Origin: Candidatus Micrarchaeota archaeon
GTDB taxonomy: Archaea; Micrarchaeota; Micrarchaeia; Anstonellales; Bilamarchaeaceae
Assembly: GCA_037447235.1 (NCBI GenBank)
Contig: JBBIHC010000003.1
Span: 17,513-81,512 of the forward strand
Direction: 5' to 3'
DNA length: 64,000 nt
The notes under the pieces are model-generated. The model was not told the DNA's origin. It searched no databases and saw nothing but the letters and a program-made list of their open reading frames with translations. This document shows positions 28,516 through 38,083 of this stretch, in pieces. Position numbers and translations under genes: made by a program. The number at the start of each line of letters is the position of its first letter. Position 1 is the first letter of the stretch.

Positions 28516-29456
28516 ATCAGCCTCGAAATAGCCGAAAGGTCGACCTCAATGCCGCCCAGAGCGGCAACCGCCCGTATGCCTGACACAAGAGCCAGCAGGT
28601 AAACAATCGGGAAAAGGATGCCCTTTATCAAAGCGTATCTGATTGCGGAATCGAGAAACTCCGTCATGCCCCTGAAAACGCCTATCGCCTCGTTTTCATT
28701 GTGGTTGACCGTGTCTACCGGGTCGCACTCGCTCACGCTGGCAGAATGGCTTATTGTCTCATCCGGATAAGCACTGGAATAAACTTCCTCCATCGCATAT
28801 ATCGTCAACGGAAGCACCACGTAAAGCGAAAACGCAGCCGCTATGAGGAACGCACCAAGCGGCCTCGTGAGCTTGAATGCGTGGAAAAACAATCCTGCCG
28901 GAAAGATGATGGTCATCCCGATGCTCGCGCCGAGCGCAACAAGCGTTGACAGGGAGGAATACTCTGCGAGAACAAAGGAGACTATGCCTACAGCCATATT
29001 TGCCGGTGATGATAGTACGGAATAGCCGCCGCAGGAAGTCGTCGTGATGGATGCGGAAAAGACCTGGCAGATGTCCATTTTTGAGCCTTCTACGGAAACC
29101 TTTTCATAGGTTGCAATGTTGTCAAAAATGACTGAGAAGGTGGCGAGCGTTCCTGACAGGGCGGCATTCGTTTTGTCGCGCAGCCCGCCCTCGCCCATCA
29201 TGCTGTCCAACCCTTCTGATATGACCACGAACGAGCCCAAAAGAACAGCCGTCACGAGCAGGTGATAAAGCTCATCCTTGGCGGTTATCTCCAGTGTCTG
29301 TATGCCAAACCCCCGCCCGGCCATAAATAGCAGTATCAGCACCATTGCAGACAGCGTTAGCGCAACCGCCCCTGCTTCCATAAAAGGCGGCTTGCCTGCG
29401 GCAAGGCAAACGGAACAAAGAAGAATCAGGAAAAAGATTGCCTTGTCCTTCATCAT
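28512..29456 (-). CDS. Polytopic membrane protein, paralog 4 (FtsX-like C-terminal block)
   Basis: Signal/TM MMKDKAIFFLILLCSVCLAAG; motif FHAFKLTRPLGAFLIAAAFS; tail ...GIRAVAALGGIEVDLSAISRLI. Confidence 0.6.
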   Translation of the reverse strand: MMKDKAIFFLILLCSVCLAAGKPPFMEAGAVALTLSAMVLILLFMAGRGFGIQTLEITAKDELYHLLVTAVLLGSFVVISEGLDSMMGEGGLRDKTNAALSGTLATFSVIFDNIATYEKVSVEGSKMDICQVFSASITTTSCGGYSVLSSPANMAVGIVSFVLAEYSSLSTLVALGASIGMTIIFPAGLFFHAFKLTRPLGAFLIAAAFSLYVVLPLTIYAMEEVYSSAYPDETISHSASVSECDPVDTVNHNENEAIGVFRGMTEFLDSAIRYALIKGILFPIVYLLALVSGIRAVAALGGIEVDLSAISRLI

Positions 29457-31384
29457 AACACCTTTGCCAAGCCAGGTATCTCTATGTCGCCGCCCAAAAA
29501 CCTTGAAAATGAGCGGATGAACATTACCGTAACCAGCACGTTAAAGAGAGGCAAAAGATAGACCGGCACGAGGAGTTTGGATACATTTGTCAGTATTGTG
29601 GGGCCGATGTTGCCCTCAACCAGCAGCTTGACATCCTCCCCGGTTTTCTGCTTCCCGGTCGGTTTTGGCGTGCATAAGGCCTTGCACTCGTCGTCCGGCC
29701 TTATCGGCGGGTTGTAAAGATATGCCTTCTCGGTGAATATGCACCCGGTGCAATCAGGATTGTTCGGCTTTGGATAAACATAAACGCAGGTATTCTGGGC
29801 TATGTCAAGCGCATCGCCAGAAGGCGGAAGCGCAGGCCTTTCGCACTTTTCCGCCCAGGTGCATTGCGTAATCGCGTTTCTTATTTCCTTCTTATCTGCT
29901 TTTTTTGATTGCAATTCCCTTACCTTCTCCTCCCAGGCAGGCGTGCCGTCGTGGTAGTAAACCCTGCAATCCAATTTTGAAAATAGGCAACAGGAGACCA
30001 GGGCAGGGCTGTTTGGGTCGTCGCATGCAACATTGCCGAAACAGTTGTTTTTCAGCGGAGGGATTATCTTGCATTCATCAGGGCAGCTCCCGCTCTGTTC
30101 CGTGTCAACATTTTCAACAAACCTGACAAGCTTGCATTTTTCAGTAAGCCAGCCGCAGCTAACCTGGTTTGAATAATTGGCGCACTCGCCGGACCAGTAG
30201 GGATAAGGCAACTGCCTGCACTGGGCCGGGCATGGCGTGATGTCAACTACAAGACCCCCTGTTTCCAATTGCATGTATTTTTGCGCTTCATATTCGCAGG
30301 AAAATATCGTTTTTCCCCCAACCACATACTTGTCAAGAGCGCCGCTAGACAGGTTAATTGCCAGCTCCACCGCCCGCTCCATATTCTCCTCTGGGGCGCA
30401 CGGGTCGCTTTCCTGCAGCGAGTCAAAGATAAGGGCGGACAGCTCTTCACTATCATTAAACTGCACGAGCCTGCCCCCGACCTCCATATAGGCAACCGGC
30501 ACCTCCTTCTGGCATTCTGCAGGGCAGTCAGCGCCGAATGCGGAGAACGGCGCATCACCGTAAAGCGTTATCTGCATCGCAAGCCAGTCAAATATGTACA
30601 TAAGCGGGAGGACAACCATTATGCCGATTGCAATGGCAATCAGCAGGCCGCCAAGCCGCCGGGTGAAGAAGAATGACCTTCCAAAAATGCCGAAGGCAAG
30701 CAGAATCGGACCGATGGAGGGGCCGACTTTTGTCACGAAGAACTTTTGCGCCTCTATTGATGAAAAGAGATTTTGGTAATATTCAAAGACCGCGGCGGCC
30801 CTCTCGCTGTTCAAAACAGCCCTTCCGGTATCCCAGTTCGGCAAACTCATCCCGAACTGCAGGCACGGAATGGGGAATATCAGGTCGCTGCAATAGACAT
30901 TGTATCTTGCGCTGATGGTCTTCACATTTTCCACGGATTCCTTCAATGCGGCAAGCGCGTTTTCCTTTATCGTTGATGAGTAGTCCTCGAAATAAAACGA
31001 AGCCGTCTCGTCAAGGCACGAGCCCCAGGCGCAGGCTAAGCCAGGCACACGGCTCTCGGTAACAAGATAGCCTGTAAGAAACTCGACAAATGCCAAAACC
31101 CCGACAAACGCCGCGCATATTATCGCAGTCGCAATTATCTGCGACACTTCGGCCTGCGCCCACGCCTTCAGGTCGGGCATTTCAAAACCGATTCCAAGCA
31201 TATATGCAAGGCTGACTGCCACTGCGGATATCACAAGTGCGAGCACGATGGCGCTCTGCCAATTGGTCAAAAGCCCGCACGCCTGCTGCATCCAGGGCGT
31301 TTTAAGGCTGTCGCAGCCGCCTGGCTCCGAAGATGGCTGGCACTCCTCTGCAGCAGCAAGAGAAAGCAACGCGAACAGCATCAA
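29453..31384 (-). CDS. Polytopic membrane protein, paralog 3, with a large Cys-rich extracytoplasmic insert
   Basis: Motif GRSFFFTRRLGGLLIAIAIG; about 320-aa insert with about 30 Cys (CPAEC, CPAQC, CPDEC, CTGC); tail ...FSRFLGGDIEIPGLAKVL. Confidence 0.6.
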   Translation of the reverse strand: MMLFALLSLAAAEECQPSSEPGGCDSLKTPWMQQACGLLTNWQSAIVLALVISAVAVSLAYMLGIGFEMPDLKAWAQAEVSQIIATAIICAAFVGVLAFVEFLTGYLVTESRVPGLACAWGSCLDETASFYFEDYSSTIKENALAALKESVENVKTISARYNVYCSDLIFPIPCLQFGMSLPNWDTGRAVLNSERAAAVFEYYQNLFSSIEAQKFFVTKVGPSIGPILLAFGIFGRSFFFTRRLGGLLIAIAIGIMVVLPLMYIFDWLAMQITLYGDAPFSAFGADCPAECQKEVPVAYMEVGGRLVQFNDSEELSALIFDSLQESDPCAPEENMERAVELAINLSSGALDKYVVGGKTIFSCEYEAQKYMQLETGGLVVDITPCPAQCRQLPYPYWSGECANYSNQVSCGWLTEKCKLVRFVENVDTEQSGSCPDECKIIPPLKNNCFGNVACDDPNSPALVSCCLFSKLDCRVYYHDGTPAWEEKVRELQSKKADKKEIRNAITQCTWAEKCERPALPPSGDALDIAQNTCVYVYPKPNNPDCTGCIFTEKAYLYNPPIRPDDECKALCTPKPTGKQKTGEDVKLLVEGNIGPTILTNVSKLLVPVYLLPLFNVLVTVMFIRSFSRFLGGDIEIPGLAKVL

Positions 31385-31398
31385 TAACCATTTAAGTT

Positions 31399-32379
31399 TC
31401 AGCCAATCACCCGCAATGCCTTGTCAACTGCCATAACAAAAGTTATCGTTAGGGCAATTGTAAGATTCGGAAGGAAGAATGCCATGGGCACAAGCCGTGC
31501 GACCATCCAGAGGGAAAGCGGAGAAGCGCAGACATCAAAGCCAAGCTCCCTGTCCAGCGGCTTGTCAGCGAAAATTGACGCGTATTTGCCGCAATCGTCA
31601 AACACCGAATAGTACATGAAAAAATTAAACGCGAGAAACAGGGGAAATACCGCGTACAGCGCGAGGCAGATGCCAAGCAGGATGTTGCCTGCAGAGCGGA
31701 AAGGAGGAAAGAAGCGGAAGACAAAGGCTATTGGCAGTATCCAGGCGACTATCGTGTCGCTTATCAGTTTCACGATGACCTTCTGGATGCTTACTGAAAG
31801 CCGTGCCGGAAAGATGTATGTGTTTAGTATAATGTCTATTTCGCTTGCATACACGCGCTTATAAGATTCCATATATGTTGTCTTCGTGCTTCCTCTTATA
31901 ATGTCGCCGGCGCTATAAGCCCAGCCGGCGTCCTGCAGGTATTTCAATTGATGTTTTGTAAGCTGATAAATCATATTGTCAACTTCGTTTTCTATGACGC
32001 CCAGGCTGCAGCCGGCAAAATCGATAGGGCTGACCTGGACCGGGCAGGGACTGTAGACTGTTAGCGATGAAGCGCCAAATTCAATGAAAGCCTGCGAGAA
32101 TACGCAGCCTATTGCGATAACGCCGCCAAAGCACACCAGAAAGATGGCTGAGAGAACAAGATGGTACATTTCGTCCTGCGCCAGAATAACATACTCCGGC
32201 CTCTCAAAAAACCTTCCTGCCAGATAGAGTATTATGGTAGCGGCTATGCCCAGGCTGATAACCGCGGCGAGAAGAGTCCCCTGCTCTGAAATCACTGTGC
32301 TTAAGACATCCACGGTGCAGGATTCAAGATAAGCGAAAGAAAATGCAGGGAGCAGCAATGCAAGAAACAGCAGTCTCAT
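31399..32379 (-). CDS. Polytopic membrane protein, paralog 2 (FtsX-like C-terminal block, divergent tail)
   Basis: Signal MRLLFLALLLPAFSFAYL; motif FVFRFFPPFRSAGNILLGICLALYAVFP; ends ...DKALRVIG. Confidence 0.55.
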   Translation of the reverse strand: MRLLFLALLLPAFSFAYLESCTVDVLSTVISEQGTLLAAVISLGIAATIILYLAGRFFERPEYVILAQDEMYHLVLSAIFLVCFGGVIAIGCVFSQAFIEFGASSLTVYSPCPVQVSPIDFAGCSLGVIENEVDNMIYQLTKHQLKYLQDAGWAYSAGDIIRGSTKTTYMESYKRVYASEIDIILNTYIFPARLSVSIQKVIVKLISDTIVAWILPIAFVFRFFPPFRSAGNILLGICLALYAVFPLFLAFNFFMYYSVFDDCGKYASIFADKPLDRELGFDVCASPLSLWMVARLVPMAFFLPNLTIALTITFVMAVDKALRVIG

Positions 32380-33614
32380 ATTAATTTCTCCACCCCGGGC
32401 AGGTATATTTCCCCTCCGAGCGCGGCGGAAAGCGAGCGGATGCCGCCGATGGTTATCGTGCCTATCAGGAGGACATTGACATAGGAGACAACTATCAAGG
32501 TGTTGACATCCTTCAAGAATGCATAAACGATGTCAAACGCCTTTTCAACATCAAAGTTCATGGTCAGCATGTCAAGCCCCATGACCATGGCGCTAAGGCC
32601 GAGCGATGAAAGCGAAGCAAGCAGCGGATAGACCACATTGGCAACAAGTTGGAAACACGATGCAAAAAGACCCGGGCCGGCGATTGGGATAAGCAGAAGC
32701 GGGGAGCAGACAATCGCGGCGAAAACGCTTTCGCCCATGGCCAGGGCAGTCCTCAGAACTTCTCCTATGGTGCTTGTGCAAAACAGCGAAAAAAGCCCTC
32801 TTCCGAAAGCGCCTTCCTTGCCTGCGGCAAGCACGCTCAGGTCCCTTGAAGCCAAAGAAGGCGATGGAACGCCTATGACATCATTGAGCTGGTCCATAAG
32901 AATGACGGAAAGCGGAAAAAATATTGCAAGGCCGAGGGCGACCGCAATAAGAGTATTCCCAAGGCTTCTTGTCAGTGGAAAAGCCCTGAAGGAGAATGCT
33001 GCCGGAAAGAGAAAGTGTGGAACCACGATGAAAAAGAAGTCCAGCAGAACTGCTATCGCCTTGTAAAGAAAAAGAACATTCGTCATCCCGCCTCCGGCGG
33101 CCGTAAGCGACGATAGCAGAGGATAGACGCCGCCGTACCGCGATGAAGAGAACCCGGCATAGATTATAAAGCCTAGCGAGGCGTAGCTTGAGTATGTTGA
33201 GACAAAACGGAGCCGGGCAGCGGCTTTTATCAGCGATTCGTATGCAGCAGTCACCTTGCCGGCCATTCCGCTAACCGCGCTTTCCGCAGCTGATTTCGTG
33301 CAATCAACATCGGTAAATCCCTTGACGATAAGGTCGCTTGAAGCGACAAATGCAAGGAATACCACAAAAAGAACAGCGGTTACAATGACTTCCCTGAATT
33401 CGTTTTTTATCCAGGCATCAAGCTGCGGCATGCCGAATGCTCCGGAGAATGTTTTTATTATTGAAAGGAAAACGATTGTGACAATGAGAACCGCAACCGG
33501 CAATGTTGCGTATTCGCTTGCCGCGTAATCGGAAATGGAATCAACCGGCGAGCAGGCATCGCTGGCAAATGACAGCGTTGCCAGGAGCAAAAAAACTACG
33601 GCAAACAAACGCAT
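32376..33614 (-). CDS. Polytopic membrane protein, paralog 1 (first gene of the operon)
   Basis: Signal MRLFAVVFLLLATLSFASDA; motif FSFRAFPLTRSLGNTLIAVALG; tail ...IRSLSAALGGEIYLPGVEKLI. ATG at 33614 preferred over the TTG at 33629. Confidence 0.6.
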   Translation of the reverse strand: MRLFAVVFLLLATLSFASDACSPVDSISDYAASEYATLPVAVLIVTIVFLSIIKTFSGAFGMPQLDAWIKNEFREVIVTAVLFVVFLAFVASSDLIVKGFTDVDCTKSAAESAVSGMAGKVTAAYESLIKAAARLRFVSTYSSYASLGFIIYAGFSSSRYGGVYPLLSSLTAAGGGMTNVLFLYKAIAVLLDFFFIVVPHFLFPAAFSFRAFPLTRSLGNTLIAVALGLAIFFPLSVILMDQLNDVIGVPSPSLASRDLSVLAAGKEGAFGRGLFSLFCTSTIGEVLRTALAMGESVFAAIVCSPLLLIPIAGPGLFASCFQLVANVVYPLLASLSSLGLSAMVMGLDMLTMNFDVEKAFDIVYAFLKDVNTLIVVSYVNVLLIGTITIGGIRSLSAALGGEIYLPGVEKLI

Positions 33615-33634
33615 ATGCCATATTCTCAAATAAA

Positions 33635-33642
33635 TATTTAAA
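33635..33642 (-). promoter_or_regulatory. TATA-box-like element (TTTAAATA on minus strand) about 20-28 nt upstream of the first membrane-paralog gene
   Basis: Plus-strand tatttaaa at 33635-33642. AT-rich context consistent with archaeal TATA/BRE spacing for a leaderless transcript. Confidence 0.3.
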
Positions 33643-33668
33643 GATTGCTTACAAAGAGCAGATTTAGG

Positions 33669-34976
33669 TCATTCTACCGCTATGTAAAGGGTTGGGTCAC
33701 GAGTTAGACCCAGCATGTCATTTAATTCTCCAACGTATACGATATTGTATGCTGTTACATAATTTACTGCTAAAATAGGGGTATCTGGTTCTATTTTTAG
33801 TTTCAAAGCATCCATAAGGTTATTAGCTGGGATTACATAAAACCGTACATAAGTAACGACTCCGCGGATATTGTTCTGGGCCCTATACTCTTCAGATAAG
33901 GGGCCGGCATGAATGCCAAATTCAATAATAGAAGTTGCGTACTTTAGGTCTTTGCCTTTCATTGCCTTGTATACCTCTTCCAATATATCAAATTTCACGA
34001 TAAGAGGATAGCCTTGTTTTATATGTATTGTACGTTTATACTGTATTTCTATTGCATGCGCATACTCAGACCCGTATTCCACAATCCCTAAACCTCCATA
34101 GCTTGAGGGATTGGTTTGTTCTGGGGAGACCAATTCGTATTCAAGTAAACGTGTGTAAGGAGTAATAACTAGAGATTTTGGGAAGTTTGCGATTTTTGGA
34201 TGTTCTGGAAGAACGAGTCTCGCCACCAAAACATTCTCGGTGAACTTCGCATACTCAATGAGACCGGGGTTCCCAAGCGCGAAGTCAAATGTGTGGCGAA
34301 TGTCTGTGTTTTGTCTAAAAATTATGGGATTCAAAAGTGATGAAATGTATATGCTAAACACAGGAAATTTATATTTATTCGGTGCTCTCAAATTAGATAT
34401 TAACAATGGTGTAAAACCTGTCTGTTTGTCAATATCGTGAATGTAGATATGGCCTTCGTCAGTAACATAAGGAAAATTTATATTTATTGGGGGTTTTGTT
34501 GTAGAATAGCTATCAACCACCTGCTTAAACAAATTTGCCTCAATAATGTTTTTTTGTAAAAGAAGCTGAAGTTTTTTGATCTTGATTTCTTGGAATTTTA
34601 TTTCTTTTCCGTTTAAGTGTTTAGTAACAAACTTATGATGATCGGTCGAAGGATCTGGGGATAAAAGTGATTCTAGTATTGGAGGGGCTCGACGTGGTAA
34701 AAGCGCCTCGTCCACTTCAAATTCATCATCATTCTTTTCTAATTTCTTTTCTAATTGTTTAACAACCTGGTGTTTGTCTCCAGGTTCTTCAGGCTTAGTG
34801 TTTTCAGCAGCTTTACTGTTGATTAAGCCGCAACAGGTCAATAAGCCTGCAACAAGTACTCTACTCTTTAGTAGTTTTGCTAATGGGCTTTTAAGCGGGC
34901 CTTTAAGCTGCAGGCTTGGAGTGTTTTCAGATAATGGATGCCCATACCTAATCTTTTTCGTAACACCACGCTCCAC
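33669..34976 (-). CDS. Secreted hypothetical protein encoded by a markedly AT-rich gene
   Basis: 435-aa ORF with N-terminal hydrophobic segment (VLVAGLLTCCGLINS). GC by eye about 35-38%, versus about 50-55% in flanking genes. Confidence 0.5.
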   Translation of the reverse strand: MERGVTKKIRYGHPLSENTPSLQLKGPLKSPLAKLLKSRVLVAGLLTCCGLINSKAAENTKPEEPGDKHQVVKQLEKKLEKNDDEFEVDEALLPRRAPPILESLLSPDPSTDHHKFVTKHLNGKEIKFQEIKIKKLQLLLQKNIIEANLFKQVVDSYSTTKPPININFPYVTDEGHIYIHDIDKQTGFTPLLISNLRAPNKYKFPVFSIYISSLLNPIIFRQNTDIRHTFDFALGNPGLIEYAKFTENVLVARLVLPEHPKIANFPKSLVITPYTRLLEYELVSPEQTNPSSYGGLGIVEYGSEYAHAIEIQYKRTIHIKQGYPLIVKFDILEEVYKAMKGKDLKYATSIIEFGIHAGPLSEEYRAQNNIRGVVTYVRFYVIPANNLMDALKLKIEPDTPILAVNYVTAYNIVYVGELNDMLGLTRDPTLYIAVE

Positions 34977-35087
34977 TTTTTACAATATTATTTAGGCTGC
35001 AAGCTTTTATAAATTTATTTAATTTTTCATTACTTTAAAAATCTGGCAACGAGTAAGCTTTTTAAGTGCTTACGATGGAAACACATC
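34977..35087. promoter_or_regulatory. AT-rich divergent intergenic region with multiple TATA-like boxes
   Basis: ttttataaattt and ctttaaaaat lie between divergently oriented genes at 33669..34976(-) and 35088..37925(+). Confidence 0.3.
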
Positions 35088-37925
35088 ATGAATAGGAATA
35101 TCTTGTTTTTGCTGCTTTTTTTGCCTCTTTTGTACGCGCAGACGGAGGAATGCGTCAAATGCGAAGAGGTGGCGTTGCTTACGCCAACAAAAATGGTTGT
35201 TCTCTCTGATGAGATAAACCATCTTCTAAGAATAAGCCTGTACAACGCCACAAGCAGACAACCGCTCCCCAATGCCGTCATAATAATACATCGATATAAT
35301 GGCACCGTGCACGCTTTTGAGAAGGTCTTCACAGACGAAAGAGGCAGCGCCACATATAATTTTTCTGCTTACAAGGACGGCTGCTATACCTACCAGATGC
35401 TTTTTTGCTCGTGCGAAAAGGATGCTGTAAAAAAGTGCTGCTTTGAGATAAACAACATAGACATAACAAAGCCTGGCATCCCGGACAGCATGGATGACAT
35501 CCCGTTGGCGCCGAATCAGCCGCAACTGGAACCTTCCGAAATAATATATGACTACAGAGCATTCCCGAGCACTGAGATTTACTCGTACTGCAGGCCGCAA
35601 GCCGAAGCAGCTTCAACCCCGGCATTCTGCCTTCCGCTCGCAATAATTTTTGCCCTTTTGGGCGGAAGCCTGATGCTGACCGGAAGAAATCCGCTGCGGG
35701 GGTTTGATCTTGGCGGTATCAGGGTTGGAAGACACATAAAGTACGAAAGCAGGGGCCGTTTTGCCGGCTATACCGTCTCGCCTGTCCAGGTAACTGGCGT
35801 AATCAGAAAAGCAAAGGCGGAGAAGGTGGAGAAAGCAGTGGCGGCAACAGGAGAAGCAAAAGGACGGGTCGGCACGATAGCAGACAGGTTCAGGCGTCAG
35901 GTTATAACCCCTGTAAAGGGAGTGCCGGCCGGCATAAAGCAGGCAAAAGGAGCGATGGCTGCGGCAAAGAAGGACCTATCGAAAGGGGCAAGCGGAATTG
36001 CAGCACAGTATAAAGAGGCTGGAAAATTACTCGGCAGGGCTGGTCTTCAGGCGATTAGCACGCCAATCGATGCGCTCCGCACTTCAACTGGCGGACCGGA
36101 GATGATGATCGGACCGGATGGAAGACCGATACCGATAAGGCGTGGTGCAGAAATGAAGGGCGGCGGCGTGAGCGGCATATTTGCGTTGCTCGGGGCAATC
36201 CTGCCAGCCAAGATAAATGTGCAAAAGCTTCAGGCAGATTGCTATGAGCTGCTAAAGACAAGGGGCGAGCGAATAGCTGAAAAAATGATGTTGCAGGAAA
36301 AGCTTGAACTGCTTATTGAGAGAACAAAGGAGCTGACTGCTTTTCAGCCGGTCAAAGAAAAAGGAGGAAAGAAATACGAAAATGTTTCATTCACTCTTGA
36401 AAAAGCACGTCCGCCAAAGGTTGAAGGGCATGAAGTATTAAACGAAGCAACAACACCGGACGGAAAAAAAGCGTTCGTTGCAGGAAGAGAAGATGGATCA
36501 GTGGTTCTTGTTCCGGAAGGCACGCCTTTATACGGCAAGTTTATCCAGAAAATTAAAGAAAGCGAAGAAACGGTTGGAAAAATCAGGGTGGAAATACCCG
36601 GAAATGGCGTATACAGCATAGAAAAGGATGAAAAGGGGAAGATAAGAGTATACAAAGATGGGGATGCGATAGACATAAAAGACCCCAAAGTGCAGGAAAG
36701 CATAATAAAAGACCCCGCATACCGCGGGTTTCGCGGGGACGCCGGGCTTACCTTTACCAAGATAAATGTGGGCGGCAGGGGGTACTCTTTTTCAAAAAAC
36801 GATAAAGGCGAAATTTCAGTTTATGCAACTATAATGCCAGAAAACGTAACAAAAACAAATCTAGGTGCAGGAATTGTTGCGGCTTATAAAGAGGCAATAA
36901 AGGCAAATTCTGATTTCGTTATAGGCAAAAAAAGCGAGATTCTAATGTCCTATAATGAAGCAATGGCCGAATGGCAACAAGCCAAAGAAGTGGTCCGTGC
37001 TTCGCAGGTCGAGTTCGTGAAAAGCAATCTGGAAGAGGCAAAAACCGGGTTTTTGGAACAGCCTGAAACAATAGAGGCCGCTGACAAGATAATGGTTGAC
37101 AAAGTCAAAGGATATGTTGAAATGCTGGAAGAAAGTGCAGAAAAAATCAAGCCTTCCACCCGCACAGAAAAAAAGCTGCAGCAGAGAATTTTGGACGATG
37201 CTGACATGCTGAGGGAGGGTATTGCGCTTATAGGGGAATATGGAAAAGCCGCAATGCCTGAAAAACTAAAAGCAGAGGAGCGCGTAACGATAGAGCAACG
37301 CGTAAGCGGAGCAAAAGAAAAGCCAGGGGAGATCACCAGGGTTGAAGAAAAGATAGAGGAATACAATAAAAAAGTAAACGGAGAATTGGGCGAAATAATG
37401 AATGAATTGGCTGCCGGAATGGACGCGACGGCTTTTAGGATCAGGATGCGGCAGGCGGAGGGCCTGTCTTCAGTCAGGGACTATCTGGAGAGCAAAGCAG
37501 AGGGCAGCAGGGAGAAAGCGGTTGGCATATCAACTAATCTTCTTAGTAATGAAGAACTTGACAAGATGGTGCAAAAGAACCCTGGCCATCCATTCACGGG
37601 AGCGGCTGAATTGGAACGCCTGACAAGACATATTTCTAATTACTATGCAGACCTTTATAGAAGACAGGATTATGGGAAGCAAGAAGTTGGGCCTTCAAGA
37701 ACACTGGAATATGAAAAGCGGCTTGACGAGCTTGCCGCTTCAGAAGGATTAGTGCTGAAAGACATGATAACAAACAGGGAACGTGTTGAATTTATCAAAC
37801 AAACAAAGGGCCTATTGGCTAACGAGCATAGCAAGCTTGAAGAAGAAGAGCAGAGCCCACCATCAGTTTCTGCCGATAGCGGTGAGAAGAACAAAACAGC
37901 TGCCAAAAACGACAAGAGCACATAA
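35088..37925 (+). CDS. Type-I membrane protein (945 aa): Cys-rich ectodomain, single TM, long coiled-coil/charged cytoplasmic region
   Basis: Signal MNRNILFLLLFLPLLYAQT, ectodomain with CVKCEE/CSCEKDAVKKCC and sequons, TM AFCLPLAIIFALLGGSLMLTG, then a long K/E-rich helical region. Confidence 0.6.
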   Translation: MNRNILFLLLFLPLLYAQTEECVKCEEVALLTPTKMVVLSDEINHLLRISLYNATSRQPLPNAVIIIHRYNGTVHAFEKVFTDERGSATYNFSAYKDGCYTYQMLFCSCEKDAVKKCCFEINNIDITKPGIPDSMDDIPLAPNQPQLEPSEIIYDYRAFPSTEIYSYCRPQAEAASTPAFCLPLAIIFALLGGSLMLTGRNPLRGFDLGGIRVGRHIKYESRGRFAGYTVSPVQVTGVIRKAKAEKVEKAVAATGEAKGRVGTIADRFRRQVITPVKGVPAGIKQAKGAMAAAKKDLSKGASGIAAQYKEAGKLLGRAGLQAISTPIDALRTSTGGPEMMIGPDGRPIPIRRGAEMKGGGVSGIFALLGAILPAKINVQKLQADCYELLKTRGERIAEKMMLQEKLELLIERTKELTAFQPVKEKGGKKYENVSFTLEKARPPKVEGHEVLNEATTPDGKKAFVAGREDGSVVLVPEGTPLYGKFIQKIKESEETVGKIRVEIPGNGVYSIEKDEKGKIRVYKDGDAIDIKDPKVQESIIKDPAYRGFRGDAGLTFTKINVGGRGYSFSKNDKGEISVYATIMPENVTKTNLGAGIVAAYKEAIKANSDFVIGKKSEILMSYNEAMAEWQQAKEVVRASQVEFVKSNLEEAKTGFLEQPETIEAADKIMVDKVKGYVEMLEESAEKIKPSTRTEKKLQQRILDDADMLREGIALIGEYGKAAMPEKLKAEERVTIEQRVSGAKEKPGEITRVEEKIEEYNKKVNGELGEIMNELAAGMDATAFRIRMRQAEGLSSVRDYLESKAEGSREKAVGISTNLLSNEELDKMVQKNPGHPFTGAAELERLTRHISNYYADLYRRQDYGKQEVGPSRTLEYEKRLDELAASEGLVLKDMITNRERVEFIKQTKGLLANEHSKLEEEEQSPPSVSADSGEKNKTAAKNDKST

Positions 37926-37946
37926 GTACCTGTAAGAAAACCTAAA

Positions 37947-37981
37947 AACGGCTGCGGTGGCAGTAGAAAACCGTCGTCCAC
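37947..37981 (+). terminator. GC-rich hairpin downstream of the 945-aa gene (possible terminator/structured 3' end)
   Basis: GCGGTGG-N17-CCACCGC inverted repeat 20 nt after the stop codon; no clean T-tract. Confidence 0.2.
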
Positions 37982-38083
37982 CGCTCCTATAAAACATTAG
38001 CATAACAGAGAAAACAGTAAGAAGCGAAGAAAACAGAAAGAAAACCTAAAAAGATTAAAATAAGTTGTTTTATTATCTTGATT

